Positions 37,497 to 49,400 of a stretch of DNA of 64,000 bases are shown one piece after another; the first letter of the stretch is position 1, and each line of letters opens with the position of its first letter. The notes under the pieces were generated by a model. That model was not told the DNA's origin and did no database searches. It worked only from the letters and a program-made list of their open reading frames with translations. The stretch covers positions 2,893 to 66,892 of the forward strand of contig CAYPIF010000104.1 of assembly GCA_964410735.1 (NCBI GenBank). Direction: 5' to 3'. Made by a program: the position numbers and the translations under genes. This stretch comes from an uncultured Thermoplasmatales archaeon (GTDB lineage: Archaea; Thermoplasmatota; E2; DHVEG-1).

Positions 37497-40400
37497 ATGA
37501 TTCTTACCAAAAAGATTTCCTTTTTCTTAGTATTGTTAAGTGTAATTCTATCAACAACACCACCAACAGCACTATCAGATGATCCAACATTTATACCCGC
37601 TGATATAAACACCCTCCCCTACAAACAAGAGATAACAATCCCGATCGATACAAGTCTCCCAGATGCAAAATACCAACCTATCGACATTCGCATACAATTC
37701 GATCAGACCTGCTGGGCAGTCAATGAAACAAAACATTGTGTTCGCGTAGCCTATGATGATGGATCGGACCTCAACGAACTCGAAAGCCAGATATATGACC
37801 TCTCACACACTGATGAGAACCATATCGATGCCTGTAGCATCGTTTTTCTTATACCTGAAACAGCAAACGGTAAGGAGACATACACGGTTCTTTACAGTGA
37901 CAGTGAAACCGAATCTCCAGCCTACACCGATCATCTTTCTATCATAGACACTCACTATTATTATGAACCAATAAGTGGACAAAAAATGGATTTTGATTAT
38001 TATCAAATAAACGAGGATGAGTTCATCATCTATGCACTCTGTCAAAAAGGAGAACTCCTTGGCAGTGGGATGAGCAATGCCATCATCAAGCTCAAACCTC
38101 AATCAACAGAATTTAAAACAACAAATGCTGAACAAATCGCATCATTCTATACCACTAGAAGTATTGATCCCGCTGGAGAGGACATGGGCACTCAATGGGC
38201 ATCAGATATCACGAAGAACATACTTGTGGACGGTAATCTCATGGTCCGAATACAAATAAAAGGATCATCACCTCAAGGAGAACTAAAAACAGATAACATC
38301 TATTCATATTATTATTGTCCAAATGAGACAAAAAAACTTAACGTCAATGTCAACCATGAAGCCCTCGAAGACATCCAGGTAAAGGGAGAACAGGAAAAGG
38401 AGATGACATTCTCATCCCTTTCAACGATCAAAGCACGAAGTGCAACGATTAATGACATGAACCTAGGTGAGATACTCCCAGAAGTACATTTCTATAGAGA
38501 GGATGACACCATCGTTGAATACGATATGCCCGTCGATCCTGATTCGGACCCTGCGGAATGGCTACTCTCATATAGTGATGATCAAGACCTGGGGTCAAAG
38601 GCATGGTTATGTATCGACGAACCATCAACAGGGATGGCCCATGGTTTGATATTTGATAAGAATACAGAATACATAGAAGGAGAAAACGACGGCATCCAAG
38701 TCAAAACAAGCGTCCATCAGCATGTGAAACTCCCAGGTTTAGAGGCAGACACAGGGGACATCTATGCAATGAGGAACGCCTATGAAAATGGGAATCATAA
38801 CACAGAGATACCCAAAGGAACAAATGTCACATTCAACGTGGAATATATCGCAGTACAAACCGGAGGATACGAATCAATCGATATTGAATCAGGTATCTAT
38901 CAAACCCTTATCAAAGAAAGGCCAATAAAACGAGGGAATGCCACAACCGATACACCCCCAGAAGAGGAGAAAGAACGATACACCCTCACCGCAAGTGTCC
39001 ACCTGGAACCATCCGCACCTTTGGGATCACTTCTCTCTGCAGGAACCGGGAGAAATATTTCTTATCTCTCAGCAGAATTATATAAGGGTAACTCTCTTGG
39101 ATCATCTGGGTCCGCAGGGAGACTAAAACTAGGGGATGTGAACATTGAGTTCGCGGACAATGCAACGATAGTGGAAAAGATAAAGACTGTTCTAGGTATA
39201 TTTGACATTCGGAACAGTACTTTTTTCAAGACGATACGATTCCCTGACCTCGAAGAAGGAACCTACCTCATTAAGATATTCAAGGAAAATCCTTTTAGAG
39301 GATCAGACCGAAAATACGTTGGCTTCTCCATCGTTGAGGTCACAAGTGATACGAAGACCCGTATCTTTTGTAAACCTGAAACAAATATCCAGGTATCGGT
39401 CAATGATCAAAATGATGACGCTGTAAAAGATTCGCATGTCATGGTCATTGTTGATGACACAATCATTGCAGAAGAAACAACGGATACAAATGGGACGATA
39501 ACACTCCCCATACCATTGTATACAAATAAGGCATATCAACTAAGAACAATGTATAATGGATTCGTTGTATCCGAATCCGACATAAACCTTGGTTTTCTCA
39601 ATCGATGGCGATCATGGACCGAATCAATTGATATGGACCTCTTTTCGCTACAAATACATGTGAAAGATACTTTAGGTCTGCCACCCGCAATAGAGACCAA
39701 CCCATCTTTAACAAGTAATGAAATGGTCGAGGCTCAGACGATAACCGCTTCAACGATTGAACCGGGTTCCCATCAATTCTCATTACTCTACCCTGCATCA
39801 TATAATCTAAAATTAAGCTATAAATCATTTGAATATCTTGATACCATTTCACTCTCAAAGGATAGTTCTTTGGATATCGTGTTCCCCGCAGAATTCCCGG
39901 TGAACCTTCATGTGTATAACACTGCGGGAGATCTGATAGACACTGCAACAATATCCTTAGAACGAGAGAATAAAGGACCATCTGATGAGCTAAAAAACGG
40001 TATATCTACACTAACCGTACCACCAGGTACGTATCTGATGAACGTTGAAACAGAGAATATCATCGCACAACAAAAAATAGATGTGAAAGGAGATCGAACC
40101 GTTGATATTGTTAGTTCTCAGGATTCCTCACTTCACTCTATGGCACCAATGGTCTTTATTGTTCTTGGGTCGTTGCTTTTAGTCTTTTTATGGTGGAAAA
40201 AACAATTGAAAATGGGCATTTACCTTTTCATAATCCTTCTTATCGCTGCATCTCTTCTGCAACCATGGTGGCAGCTCACAGGAGATAATGGAACGGTTTC
40301 AACCACAACGAACACGCGCCTTTATCCCGCTAGTATCATTACATTGACAAGTTCATCTGATACAATCGGTGGGGAGATAAGTGCGGTCCCCAAAGAATTC

Positions 40401-40769
40401 ACAATGGTCATTGAGATTATATCATATATCCTCCTTCTCTCAATTATTGTAATAGTTCTCAGCATTTTAATAAAAAGTAAATTGCCCAAGATATCCTCGA
40501 TCGTGAACATCCTTGCCATTGTGTTCCTATTGCTCAGCGTCATCCTCTTCTATGTTGCCATGTCTGAAGTGACAAAGGTCGGCGTGGGAGATTTCTTTGG
40601 TTCAGGCGACATACCAATCTCAATACCTGGTGAATCTGATCAAGTAACCCTCTCATGCTCATGGGGTGCAGGATTTGGGATGTATACCGCTCTCCTTGCA
40701 TTTCTAGTAGCTCTCTTTGTACCACTGACACCATTGCTTAAAAAAATGAAGACAAAGATACTAGGTTAA
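37497..40769 (+). CDS. 1090-aa surface protein with carboxypeptidase-regulatory-like domains and a polytopic C-terminus
   Basis: Signal peptide ISFFLVLLSVILSTTPPTALS. CarboxypepD_reg-like segment VSVNDQNDDAVKDSHVMVIVDD...TDTNGTITLPIPL. About five TM helices in the last roughly 230 aa. Confidence 0.7.
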   Translation: MILTKKISFFLVLLSVILSTTPPTALSDDPTFIPADINTLPYKQEITIPIDTSLPDAKYQPIDIRIQFDQTCWAVNETKHCVRVAYDDGSDLNELESQIYDLSHTDENHIDACSIVFLIPETANGKETYTVLYSDSETESPAYTDHLSIIDTHYYYEPISGQKMDFDYYQINEDEFIIYALCQKGELLGSGMSNAIIKLKPQSTEFKTTNAEQIASFYTTRSIDPAGEDMGTQWASDITKNILVDGNLMVRIQIKGSSPQGELKTDNIYSYYYCPNETKKLNVNVNHEALEDIQVKGEQEKEMTFSSLSTIKARSATINDMNLGEILPEVHFYREDDTIVEYDMPVDPDSDPAEWLLSYSDDQDLGSKAWLCIDEPSTGMAHGLIFDKNTEYIEGENDGIQVKTSVHQHVKLPGLEADTGDIYAMRNAYENGNHNTEIPKGTNVTFNVEYIAVQTGGYESIDIESGIYQTLIKERPIKRGNATTDTPPEEEKERYTLTASVHLEPSAPLGSLLSAGTGRNISYLSAELYKGNSLGSSGSAGRLKLGDVNIEFADNATIVEKIKTVLGIFDIRNSTFFKTIRFPDLEEGTYLIKIFKENPFRGSDRKYVGFSIVEVTSDTKTRIFCKPETNIQVSVNDQNDDAVKDSHVMVIVDDTIIAEETTDTNGTITLPIPLYTNKAYQLRTMYNGFVVSESDINLGFLNRWRSWTESIDMDLFSLQIHVKDTLGLPPAIETNPSLTSNEMVEAQTITASTIEPGSHQFSLLYPASYNLKLSYKSFEYLDTISLSKDSSLDIVFPAEFPVNLHVYNTAGDLIDTATISLERENKGPSDELKNGISTLTVPPGTYLMNVETENIIAQQKIDVKGDRTVDIVSSQDSSLHSMAPMVFIVLGSLLLVFLWWKKQLKMGIYLFIILLIAASLLQPWWQLTGDNGTVSTTTNTRLYPASIITLTSSSDTIGGEISAVPKEFTMVIEIISYILLLSIIVIVLSILIKSKLPKISSIVNILAIVFLLLSVILFYVAMSEVTKVGVGDFFGSGDIPISIPGESDQVTLSCSWGAGFGMYTALLAFLVALFVPLTPLLKKMKTKILG

Positions 40770-40864
40770 AAAGATATCTCATATCCTTTCCCCCTAATCC
40801 TCTTTTGAAATTAAAACAAGTGACTATAAGGTTAACCCCACAATCTTTTAATCAAACCTCTTTC

Positions 40865-41506
40865 ATGACATACCCAATGGACATCAATGAGATATTCTAT
40901 TCGATACAAGGTGAAGGGTCCCTTACTGGTCTTCCCACCATTTTCATTCGAACCGCTGGATGCAATCTTAGATGCGCCTATTGTGATTCAACCTATGCAT
41001 ACGATGAAAAAACAATCATGACCATTCATGAGATTCTCGATAACATAGAACAATATACTTGCAATGAAGTGTGTATCACTGGTGGGGAACCAATTCTACA
41101 ATCTGAAACAATGGTGTTGATAAAAAACCTCCAAACTAGAAGATATCATATAAGTATTGAGACGAATGGATCCCAGGATATCTCTCAGATCAAGGATAGA
41201 ACAAATGTCCTCATATCAATGGATATCAAGTGCCCCTCATCAGGCATGCAAGAACATATGAGATTTTCAAACATTGATGCTCTTAATTCAAGTGACCAGT
41301 TGAAGTTCATCATAGGAGATCAAAAGGATTACAACTATGCAAAGATGATCATCAACCAGTATCATATTCCCTGCCCCATCTTTTTCCAACCTATATGGGA
41401 TACGGACCCAGCAATACTTGCACAATGGATTCTAACTGATAATCTACCAGTCCACCTGGGGTTGCAGATCCATAAAATCCTCTGGGGCGATAAAAAGGGT
41501 GTATGA
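40865..41506 (+). CDS. queE: 7-carboxy-7-deazaguanine synthase (radical SAM)
   Basis: INEIFYSIQGEG and TAGCNLRCAYCDS motifs. ATG at 40865 preferred to the TTG at 40805. Confidence 0.85.
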   Translation: MTYPMDINEIFYSIQGEGSLTGLPTIFIRTAGCNLRCAYCDSTYAYDEKTIMTIHEILDNIEQYTCNEVCITGGEPILQSETMVLIKNLQTRRYHISIETNGSQDISQIKDRTNVLISMDIKCPSSGMQEHMRFSNIDALNSSDQLKFIIGDQKDYNYAKMIINQYHIPCPIFFQPIWDTDPAILAQWILTDNLPVHLGLQIHKILWGDKKGV

Positions 41507-41632
41507 GAACGATTTATGAGAGATATCACAAACTATTTAGCCCAAAAGTGTATTGTGAGGTGAAAAGCATAAGGAAGAAGATTAATACATCCTATAAGAA
41601 ATGTTAATGAAAATTTGAGGTGAAAAAGAAAG

Positions 41633-42355
41633 ATGCAACCAACTAATATGGCGTATGATAGAGCAATCACTGTTTTCTCCCCTGATGGTAGACTGTTTCA
41701 GGTCGAATATGCTCGAGAAGCGGTCAAAAGAGGGACAACAACTGTCGGCCTGAAATATAAAACAGGCGTTGTTCTCATCGTCGATAAAAGGATAACATCA
41801 CATTTAATCGAACCAGGTTCAATCGAAAAGATATTCAAAATAGATGACCACGTAGGTTGCGCCACGTCTGGTCTCGTCGCTGATGCTCGTGCATTGATAG
41901 ATAGAGCACGTGTTGATGCTCAGATCAATGAAATCACCTATAATGAGAAAATTCAAGTGAAAGCACTGGTGAAAAAGATCTGCGATTTCAAGCAAACTTA
42001 CACCCAATATGGTGGTGTCCGTCCCTTTGGAACTGCACTACTTGTTGCAGGGTATGATGAAACAGGTCCACGATTATTTGCAACAGATCCATCTGGTGCC
42101 CTTATGGAATATAAGGCAAGTAGTGAAGGATCAGGTAGAAATGGTGCTATGAGCTATTTCGAAGCACATTACAAAGAGAACTTGACAAAGGATGAAGCTA
42201 TCACGCTTGGAATAAAAGCTCTTCACCAAGCAACAGAGGAAAAACTCAACCCAGAAGCAACAGAGATAGGTGTCGTGGATAAAGACTTTGCATTTCACAT
42301 TCTTCCACAGGGAGAATCAAAGGACTATGTGGAAAAAGCGATTGGAGGAAATTAA
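41633..42355 (+). CDS. psmA: proteasome alpha subunit
   Basis: [29 protein letters not shown] alpha-subunit signature. Confidence 0.95.
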   Translation: MQPTNMAYDRAITVFSPDGRLFQVEYAREAVKRGTTTVGLKYKTGVVLIVDKRITSHLIEPGSIEKIFKIDDHVGCATSGLVADARALIDRARVDAQINEITYNEKIQVKALVKKICDFKQTYTQYGGVRPFGTALLVAGYDETGPRLFATDPSGALMEYKASSEGSGRNGAMSYFEAHYKENLTKDEAITLGIKALHQATEEKLNPEATEIGVVDKDFAFHILPQGESKDYVEKAIGGN

Positions 42356-42357
42356 TT

Positions 42358-43053
42358 TTGGTAAGTCTTGATGATGCCGTTATCGCTCGAAAGAAACGAG
42401 GTGAACATCATTTTGAGATCCTCGTTGACCCCTATGGTGCCGCGGATATCCATGAAGGAAAAGAAATCGATATCTTGCAGATCCTTGCGATAGATGCGAT
42501 CTTTTCGGATGCGAAAAAGGGGACACATGCGCCTGATGAAGAACTCATGGAGGAGTTCGACTCAACAGATGTTGCAGAGATCGCAAAGGATATCATTCTC
42601 ACTGGTGAGATACAACTCACAACAGAGCAACGGCATAAGATGCAACAGAATAAAAAGAAACGTGTTATTGATACTATTGTTCGAAACGCGATGGATCCGC
42701 AAACAAAGACGCCTCATCCTCGACAACGGATCGAGTTAGCGATGGAGGAGGCAGGCATCCATATCGATCCTTTTAAACCTGTCAGTGAGCAAGTGAAGAC
42801 CACGGTAAACGCCATTCGAGCGTTCATTCCATTGTCATTGGAGAAGGTAAAGATATCTGTTAAGATACCTGCTCAGCATGTTGGAAAAGCCTATGGCGTC
42901 GTTCGGGGTCTTGGATCACTTGATCAAGAAGAATGGCAAAGTGATGGCTCATGGGTCGGGGTAATAAAGCTGCCCGCAGGCATGCAAAATGAATTATATG
43001 AGAAATTGAACGAAGCGACAAAAGGAAACGTTTCAGCAAAGATTCTGAAATAG
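42358..43053 (+). CDS. SBDS-family ribosome maturation protein
   Basis: VSLDDAVIARKKRGEHHFEILVDP, typical of archaeal SBDS. Position after psmA matches the archaeal exosome superoperon. Confidence 0.9.
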   Translation: MVSLDDAVIARKKRGEHHFEILVDPYGAADIHEGKEIDILQILAIDAIFSDAKKGTHAPDEELMEEFDSTDVAEIAKDIILTGEIQLTTEQRHKMQQNKKKRVIDTIVRNAMDPQTKTPHPRQRIELAMEEAGIHIDPFKPVSEQVKTTVNAIRAFIPLSLEKVKISVKIPAQHVGKAYGVVRGLGSLDQEEWQSDGSWVGVIKLPAGMQNELYEKLNEATKGNVSAKILK

Positions 43054-43081
43054 AACACGTACTACTAGTGAGGTAACATTC

Positions 43082-43756
43082 ATGTCAAAATCATCGAGAG
43101 AGATTGTTATACCAGGCCATTTACTCGGAGAACTTAAAGATTTCAAACCGGGCAGAGGAACCGTGGTAGAAAATGGGAAGATATATGCGGCCCTCTTAGG
43201 GATCATTCATGAGAGCCCACCGTACATTAACGTCGTCCCTATCAAAGGCAGATATGATGCATTTGTAGACGACCTGGTCATTGGAATTGTCGAGGAACCA
43301 TTGTCCTCCAGTTGGCTTGTGGATATCAACGCGCCATATCCAGCGTTGCTCCACGTCAATGAGGTCCCGTGGAATGTGGATTTTGGAGAGACCGAAAAAT
43401 TTTTAAACACTGGCGATTCCATCATGGCAAAGGTTCTTCAGGTAGATTTGGAGAAAAAGCTGCAGATCACATTGAAAGATAGGAACCTTTACAAGATACG
43501 AGGAGGCCACATTATCAATGTGGAACCTTCAAAAGTGCCACGTATCATAGGAAAAAAAGGTTCGATGATCAACATCTTGAAGAAACATACAAGATGTCGT
43601 ATCTTCGTCGGTCAGAATGGTAGGATATGGATCGACGGTGATGATAAGAACGTGGCATTGGCCCAGCAGGCCATCGAACTGATTGAAGACCAATCGATCT
43701 CATTTGGTTTGACGAATAAGATTGAAGAATTCCTTGCATCTCAAATGCAGCAATAG
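43082..43756 (+). CDS. rrp4: exosome complex RNA-binding protein Rrp4 (S1 + KH)
   Basis: S1-like segment [12 protein letters not shown] and KH segment [30 protein letters not shown]. Confidence 0.9.
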   Translation: MSKSSREIVIPGHLLGELKDFKPGRGTVVENGKIYAALLGIIHESPPYINVVPIKGRYDAFVDDLVIGIVEEPLSSSWLVDINAPYPALLHVNEVPWNVDFGETEKFLNTGDSIMAKVLQVDLEKKLQITLKDRNLYKIRGGHIINVEPSKVPRIIGKKGSMINILKKHTRCRIFVGQNGRIWIDGDDKNVALAQQAIELIEDQSISFGLTNKIEEFLASQMQQ

Positions 43757-43770
43757 GAAGTGTAATAGTT

Positions 43771-44529
43771 ATGAAATCTGATAAAAAACTTATTGATGAG
43801 AATGGAAAACGCTTAGATGGACGGTTGCCCGATCAACTTAGGGACATCAAGATTGAGGCAGGTGTCCTTCATCGTGCTGATGGATCATGTTATCTTGAAT
43901 GGGGTGGTAATAAGGTTATCGCTGCGGTCTATGGACCTCGCGAGGCCATCCCAAAGCATACACAGAATCCATTGAAAGCCATTGTGAAGGCACGGTATAA
44001 TATGGCCGCGTTCAGTGTTGATGATCGGAAACGACCGGGCCCAGATAGAAGAAGTCAGGAAATATCAAAGGTTACCTCTGAGGCACTGGAGAAGGTTGTA
44101 CTGACAGATCAATTCCCACGAGCAGCAATAGAAGTGAACATTGAGATACTTGACGCGGAAGCGGGAACCCGTTGTGCTGGTCTGACCGCTGCAGGTGTCG
44201 CTTTGGCCGATGCAGGTATCCCAATGAAGGATATACCCGTAGCTTGCGCAGCAGGCAAGATCGGTGCTGAGGATAATGAAGGTAAGTTCTCAGGTGGTGT
44301 TGTCGTTTTGGATCTTGGCAAAGAGGAGGATAACTTTGGGAATGCTGATCTACCTATCGCGATCTCACCACGAACTAATGAGGTTATATTGTTGCAGATG
44401 GATGGTCATCTCACCTTCGATGAGTTTGAACATGCTCTTGATCTCGCAGTAAAAGGCTGCCATTATATATCAAAATTACAGAAGGATGCGTTATTGCGAA
44501 AATATACATCTGATCTGGAGGTCGAATAA
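43771..44529 (+). CDS. rrp41: exosome complex exonuclease Rrp41 (RNase PH)
   Basis: [45 protein letters not shown]. Confidence 0.9.
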   Translation: MKSDKKLIDENGKRLDGRLPDQLRDIKIEAGVLHRADGSCYLEWGGNKVIAAVYGPREAIPKHTQNPLKAIVKARYNMAAFSVDDRKRPGPDRRSQEISKVTSEALEKVVLTDQFPRAAIEVNIEILDAEAGTRCAGLTAAGVALADAGIPMKDIPVACAAGKIGAEDNEGKFSGGVVVLDLGKEEDNFGNADLPIAISPRTNEVILLQMDGHLTFDEFEHALDLAVKGCHYISKLQKDALLRKYTSDLEVE

Positions 44530-44531
44530 GT

Positions 44532-45377
44532 ATGACGGTCAAACCTATCATCAAAAAGGAGCATCTGTATAAGCTTGCAGAACAGGGAAAGCGTGCTGAT
44601 GGTCGGCAGTTCAATCAATATCGTAATATTACCATTGAACCTGGTGTTATCAGCAAAGCTGAGGGTTCTGCACGTGTTAAGATCGGGAACACCCAGGTTG
44701 TCGCTGGTATAAAAATGGCAATTGGGGATCCTTATTCTGATACACCAAATTCCGGTGTTATTACAACAGCAGCTGAACTTATCCCTCTGGCATCACCTGA
44801 TTTTGAAGCGGGTCCACCGGATCAACAGACCATTGAACTTGCAAGGGTCGTTGACAGGGGTATCCGGGAATCAGAGGTCATTGATCTCGGAACGCTTTGT
44901 ATCGTACCTGGTGAGAAGATCTGGATGATCTTTATCGATATTCATATCATTGATTACGATGGGAACCTGTTTGATGCAGCATCATTGGCTGCACTAGCAG
45001 CGTTGTTCAATGCAAAGGTGCCGATAACCCAACCAAGGTTAAAACCAGATTTTGATAAAATGCTTGAGAAATTCCCTGATGTGAAACAGTATCTTGATAG
45101 TAACCCTGAGGATTTCCCATTACCGTTACGTGAGCCGCCAATTTCCTGTACTTCTGTGAAGTTCAACAATGCTATTGTTGTTGATCCGTCCATCGATGAG
45201 CAGGAGATCGCGGAGGCACGTATCACTGTTGCCACTGATATTGATGGTAATATTCGGGCCATGCAAAAGGGCTTAACCGGCAGTTTTACCGTTGATGAGA
45301 TAAAAAAGATTATTAAAGACTCCATTATTAACGGGAGTGAGCTTAGAACTAAGTTAAAAGAAAGCGTGGGTAAGTGA
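44532..45377 (+). CDS. rrp42: exosome complex protein Rrp42 (RNase PH-like)
   Basis: KRADGRQFNQYRNITIEPGVISKAEGSARVKIGNTQV. Position after rrp41. Confidence 0.9.
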   Translation: MTVKPIIKKEHLYKLAEQGKRADGRQFNQYRNITIEPGVISKAEGSARVKIGNTQVVAGIKMAIGDPYSDTPNSGVITTAAELIPLASPDFEAGPPDQQTIELARVVDRGIRESEVIDLGTLCIVPGEKIWMIFIDIHIIDYDGNLFDAASLAALAALFNAKVPITQPRLKPDFDKMLEKFPDVKQYLDSNPEDFPLPLREPPISCTSVKFNNAIVVDPSIDEQEIAEARITVATDIDGNIRAMQKGLTGSFTVDEIKKIIKDSIINGSELRTKLKESVGK

Positions 45378-45379
45378 TT

Positions 45380-45691
45380 ATGGCAAAAAGAACAAAGAAA
45401 GTCGGACCAGTGGGACGGTTTAGCGCCCGGTATGGTGTTCGGGCAAGATCCCGTGTACGAAACGTAGAAGTCATTCAGCGTAAGAAGCATACCTGCCCAA
45501 GCTGTGGACATGTTGCCGTGAAACGTGTTGGAACAGGTATATGGCAATGCCGTAAGTGTGGTGTCAAGTTTGCTGGTGGAAGTTATCTTCCAAAAACCGA
45601 GATCGGTCAGCAGGTTGATAAGATCATGCGTGGGGAGGCATTAGCTGCTGAGCAACGTTTGTTAGAGGAAAAAGAGAGTGAAGAAGCATGA
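45380..45691 (+). CDS. rpl37ae: 50S ribosomal protein L37Ae
   Basis: MAKRTKKVGPVGRFSARYG...CPSCG...WQCRKCG zinc ribbon. Confidence 0.9.
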   Translation: MAKRTKKVGPVGRFSARYGVRARSRVRNVEVIQRKKHTCPSCGHVAVKRVGTGIWQCRKCGVKFAGGSYLPKTEIGQQVDKIMRGEALAAEQRLLEEKESEEA

Positions 45692-45828
45692 CGGGATATC
45701 GGTGCGGTATCTGTAAGAAAACTGTGAAGTTCGATGTGAAGAACATTGGGATGCAGTGCCCGTATTGTGGAAGTAAGATTTTTTACAAGGAACGCCCGAC
45801 GCTTGCGAAGCGGACCAAATCGTTCTAG
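45688..45828 (+). CDS. rpoP: DNA-directed RNA polymerase subunit P (Rpo12)
   Basis: Hand translation gives MTGYRCGICKKTVKFDVKNIGMQCPYCGSKIFYKERPTLAKRTKSF. ATGA overlap with rpl37ae. Below the ORF-track cutoff. Confidence 0.8.
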   Translation: MTGYRCGICKKTVKFDVKNIGMQCPYCGSKIFYKERPTLAKRTKSF

Positions 45829-45906
45829 CGTGTGTTCGCGAACCATTTCGACCATTCTATCTTTTTCATACTATTCCAGTTTGTAATAGATTAAAAAAAG
45901 GAAAGA

Positions 45907-45927
45907 AAGGGCATCTTTTTTGCCCTT
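45907..45927. terminator. hairpin with T-run between convergent genes
   Basis: AAGGGCA-tcttttt-TGCCCTT, a 7-bp stem with a T-rich loop. Lies between the rpoP stop (45828) and the minus-strand small ORF stop (45942). Confidence 0.4.
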
Positions 45928-45941
45928 ACTACGACCAAATT

Positions 45942-46184
45942 TTATGGTAGTGATTCAAAGACCTTTCGTGCGATGTCCAATTCTTGTTGATAAGAGTCTA
46001 GTGACGGGTAGTTAACTTCTTGTCTCCGTCCAAATACCATCTGCCCACCTATTTTTTGTTTGAAAGATACTGTACGGAATGGTTAGATTGTTTCTTCAAA
46101 GAAGATCTTTGAAAGCGATGCTACGAATTTCTCGCTAAAGTCCATCTCTTCACGTTCCCTAGAGAAATTGATTTTCCCTTCCAT
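45942..46184 (-). pseudogene. 80-codon small ORF with one in-frame TAA (function unknown)
   Basis: GGAGAGAGG precedes the ATG at 46184. The frame reads MEGKINFSREREEMDFSEKFVASLSKIFFEETI*PFRTVSFKQKIGGQMVFGRRQEVNYPSLDSYQQELDIARKVFESLP. The TAA is at 46083-46085. Confidence 0.3.
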
Positions 46185-46473
46185 ACCTCTCTCCTCATAA
46201 GAAAAAAGATTACTGTGTATTTAAAGATTACTAAAAAAATCATAATTCATATTTCATAAATTTTTGTTTTGAAAACCATTTATGAAAATAAGTTAATCAA
46301 TTATAATTAATTATCTTAAAAATTTTAGATATATCTACTCTTTTTTAGAAATAATTGGAATTGTAAATTCGAAAGTATGCCGATTGTATTGTGGTCGATC
46401 TGTAATGTGAATTCAATAGACTACACCAACAATAATAATTTATAGATTAAAATCTATATTTTAATTTGATTAT

Positions 46474-49400
46474 ATGAAAACAAAATCATTGACGATCATC
46501 TCATTGGTCATTCTTCTTGTTTCAAACCCGGTCATCTTTGCCATCAGCTCATCAGATGATCAACCCTTAGACACAGGCCCATTATTTATGCCATTGAACA
46601 AAGATGAAGCCATTAATATACTCCATTTCAAAGAAGGGAACACCAGCTATACATCCCCTCTTTGCACATTGAACCAAACCTTTACGATCTCCCAAGAAGA
46701 GATACAGTTCATTCGGGGAAAGGACAAGATACAAATCGCTCTTGCAAATGCATCATTGCTCAATCAACCAGGACTTCCCCTTATCCCAATGAAAACACTA
46801 TCATTTACCCTGCCAAAAGACATAGTGGTCCATGATGTTGAAGTGAATGTGATCTCAGCACAAAAAAGTATACAATCAATCTCTTTTCAAAATGCACCCT
46901 ATCCACAGTTCTATAGTATCAATGAAACACCATTACATCAGCATACTGATGAGATCATAGAACAGTCCCTTGCTCTTGCACACGAGCAGAAAGTATACCC
47001 AAGCGCAACCCACTCATACACCATTGGCAAGAACAGCACCGCTACACAGGTCATCGTTCATCTTTTTCCCATCTGCTATCAATTTAACACAAAACAAACG
47101 TATATCATTGACAAAGGAACAATAACAATACGCTATGAACCAGAACAACAAGCATCCACACAAGCAACCTCGGATTCAGCTGAGAATATCATCATCACCC
47201 CGCCTAAATTTTACTTTCAAGCAAAGAAATTACAACAATTCCATACTGAACAAGGAGTTGAAACAGAAGTAGTCACTACCACATGGATACAATCAAACTA
47301 TGAACCCTCTGAATATCCACCAGTGATAGGCTACAGCGATTTCACATCCAAAGAGCTCATGAGAAAGTATGATGATGAACTGGCATGTAAAATCATATCA
47401 TATCTTCAAACACAATCCACCAACCCCAACCTACGATTTATTACAATCCTTGGAAACGCAATCCATGTCCCACCAAGTTACTATTTTGGTTACTCCTATT
47501 ACCCTGTTCCCACGGATTTCTATTATAGTTCGCCAGACCTGGACCTCATCCCGAACTATCGTATCGGAAGGATACCTGTTGACACCACTTTAGAGGCAAT
47601 AAGGACGGTCAATAAGATCATCAACTGGAACCCAACGGGGACTCAGATGGATAACGTCGCAATCGCAGGTGGCATACCTTTCAACTCACCATTTTTCATC
47701 GGGGAGCTGATCACCATTGACTCTGTGAACCAAGGGTTGCTTGATGGATTGAACGTGGATAAATACTATCGGACCAATGAACGATTTGAGAACACAGATA
47801 TTCTCTCTGCGTTACAAAACGAGTATGGTCTTCTATTTATGATCTGCCATGGGAACGCAAACGTAATCGTTGCCGAAGATGGAAGGATATCAGCAAGGGA
47901 CCTGTTGAACATGCCACGGAATGATAATGCACCAATATTCAGCTGCATCGCCTGCAGCAGCGGCTCCTATGATACTCATATCATCAAACAAGGGCATTCA
48001 TATGATAAGACCTCCTTTGGGGAAGGTATCGTTATCTCAAAAGGAGGAGGCATCGCATATATCGGTGGATCTCGGACCAATGACGGATATCCTCTTCTCG
48101 CCTTGAACAATGGTCGTGTTGAGGTCACAAAGGAGACCTATATGGCAGGTCTATTAACCTATGTGAACCAGGCATATGGCAACAACGTTGATCATCTTGG
48201 GGATCTCACCTTCTCTGCGTATGAAACATACCTTGAGAATAATGATCTTACTGATTTCTGGAACCAGTATCATTATTTTGATTTCATCCTGTTAGGTGAC
48301 CCTGCGTTACAACTCCCAGACCGATCGTTTCAACAACCCTCCTATGAACACCCAATTTCAAATGCAAAGGACGCTGTACGTACCATGTCATATGTATCAT
48401 CATTTTATGAGTATAATGGAACCATATGTCTCCAAGCAATTGACGAAGAGATAACCTATGAAAGTCATAGTGATTCACCGTTCATCAACCTTAAACAGAT
48501 TGAAACAGGGAACAATGACAACATGGCCATCGATCTCTCGACCCATCCAACCCAGAACAATAAAGCACTCATTGATATCACCTCAGATGCTGGTGGATTG
48601 TATCTACTCCGATTCGAAACAAAGGATGGGAAAGAGGACTGGTCATATTATCAAACCGCACGCCCAGTTGATGATGACTTTGATTCAACCACTAAAGGCT
48701 TTGGTTCAACCCGATGGGACAGTATACAAGAAGCGATAGATAACGCTCATGAGTATGATCCCATCTTTGTCTTTGATGGGATATATAACGAATCGATCAG
48801 TATCGATAAACCCTGCAGTCTTGAAGGAGAGACCAGGTCCTCCACCATTATTGATGGCGATGGAAATGATGATGTGCTCTATATCACATCTGAGGGAGTA
48901 ATGGTCAAAGGTTTCACCATCCAACATTGCGGGAAGAACCCCTGGAATGCAGGTGTTAGCATTCAACCAAAACGATCATTGAACCAAGCATCCATCATAA
49001 TCAAAGATAACAACATTATCAACAACAAGAACTGTGGTATCTATATCGAAACTGGTCTTCAACTATTGAGCCCGAGCATCTCGATCCTTCAAAACGCAAT
49101 CATGTATAACAATTATGGTGTGTATATCCAACAGGGACCAGAGAGTAAGGAATTTGTTTCTAATACCATCCAAGGGAACAATTATGGGTTCTACTTGGTC
49201 GGATCAAGTCATGATCTCATCGCAGCGAACACGATTGAGAATAACTATGTTGGTCTGTTCTTACAAGATGTGAAAAAAAGTGAGATCGATTCAAACAATT
49301 TCATTGAGAACACCCAGCATTGCCAGTTCACAGAAACACGGTCAACGACATTCAGTTATAATTTCTGGGACAACTGGTTCGGTCTTCGATTCAAGATTAA

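Noticed and set aside
46200-46473. AT-rich 270-bp spacer with a 10-bp inverted repeat (46252-46261 / 46278-46287) and duplicated AAGATTACT, considered as a replication origin
   Set aside because: There are no ORB-like multi-copy repeats and no orc1/cdc6 gene nearby. Short inverted repeats are expected by chance in AT-rich DNA. It is more likely the promoter region of the C25 peptidase gene.
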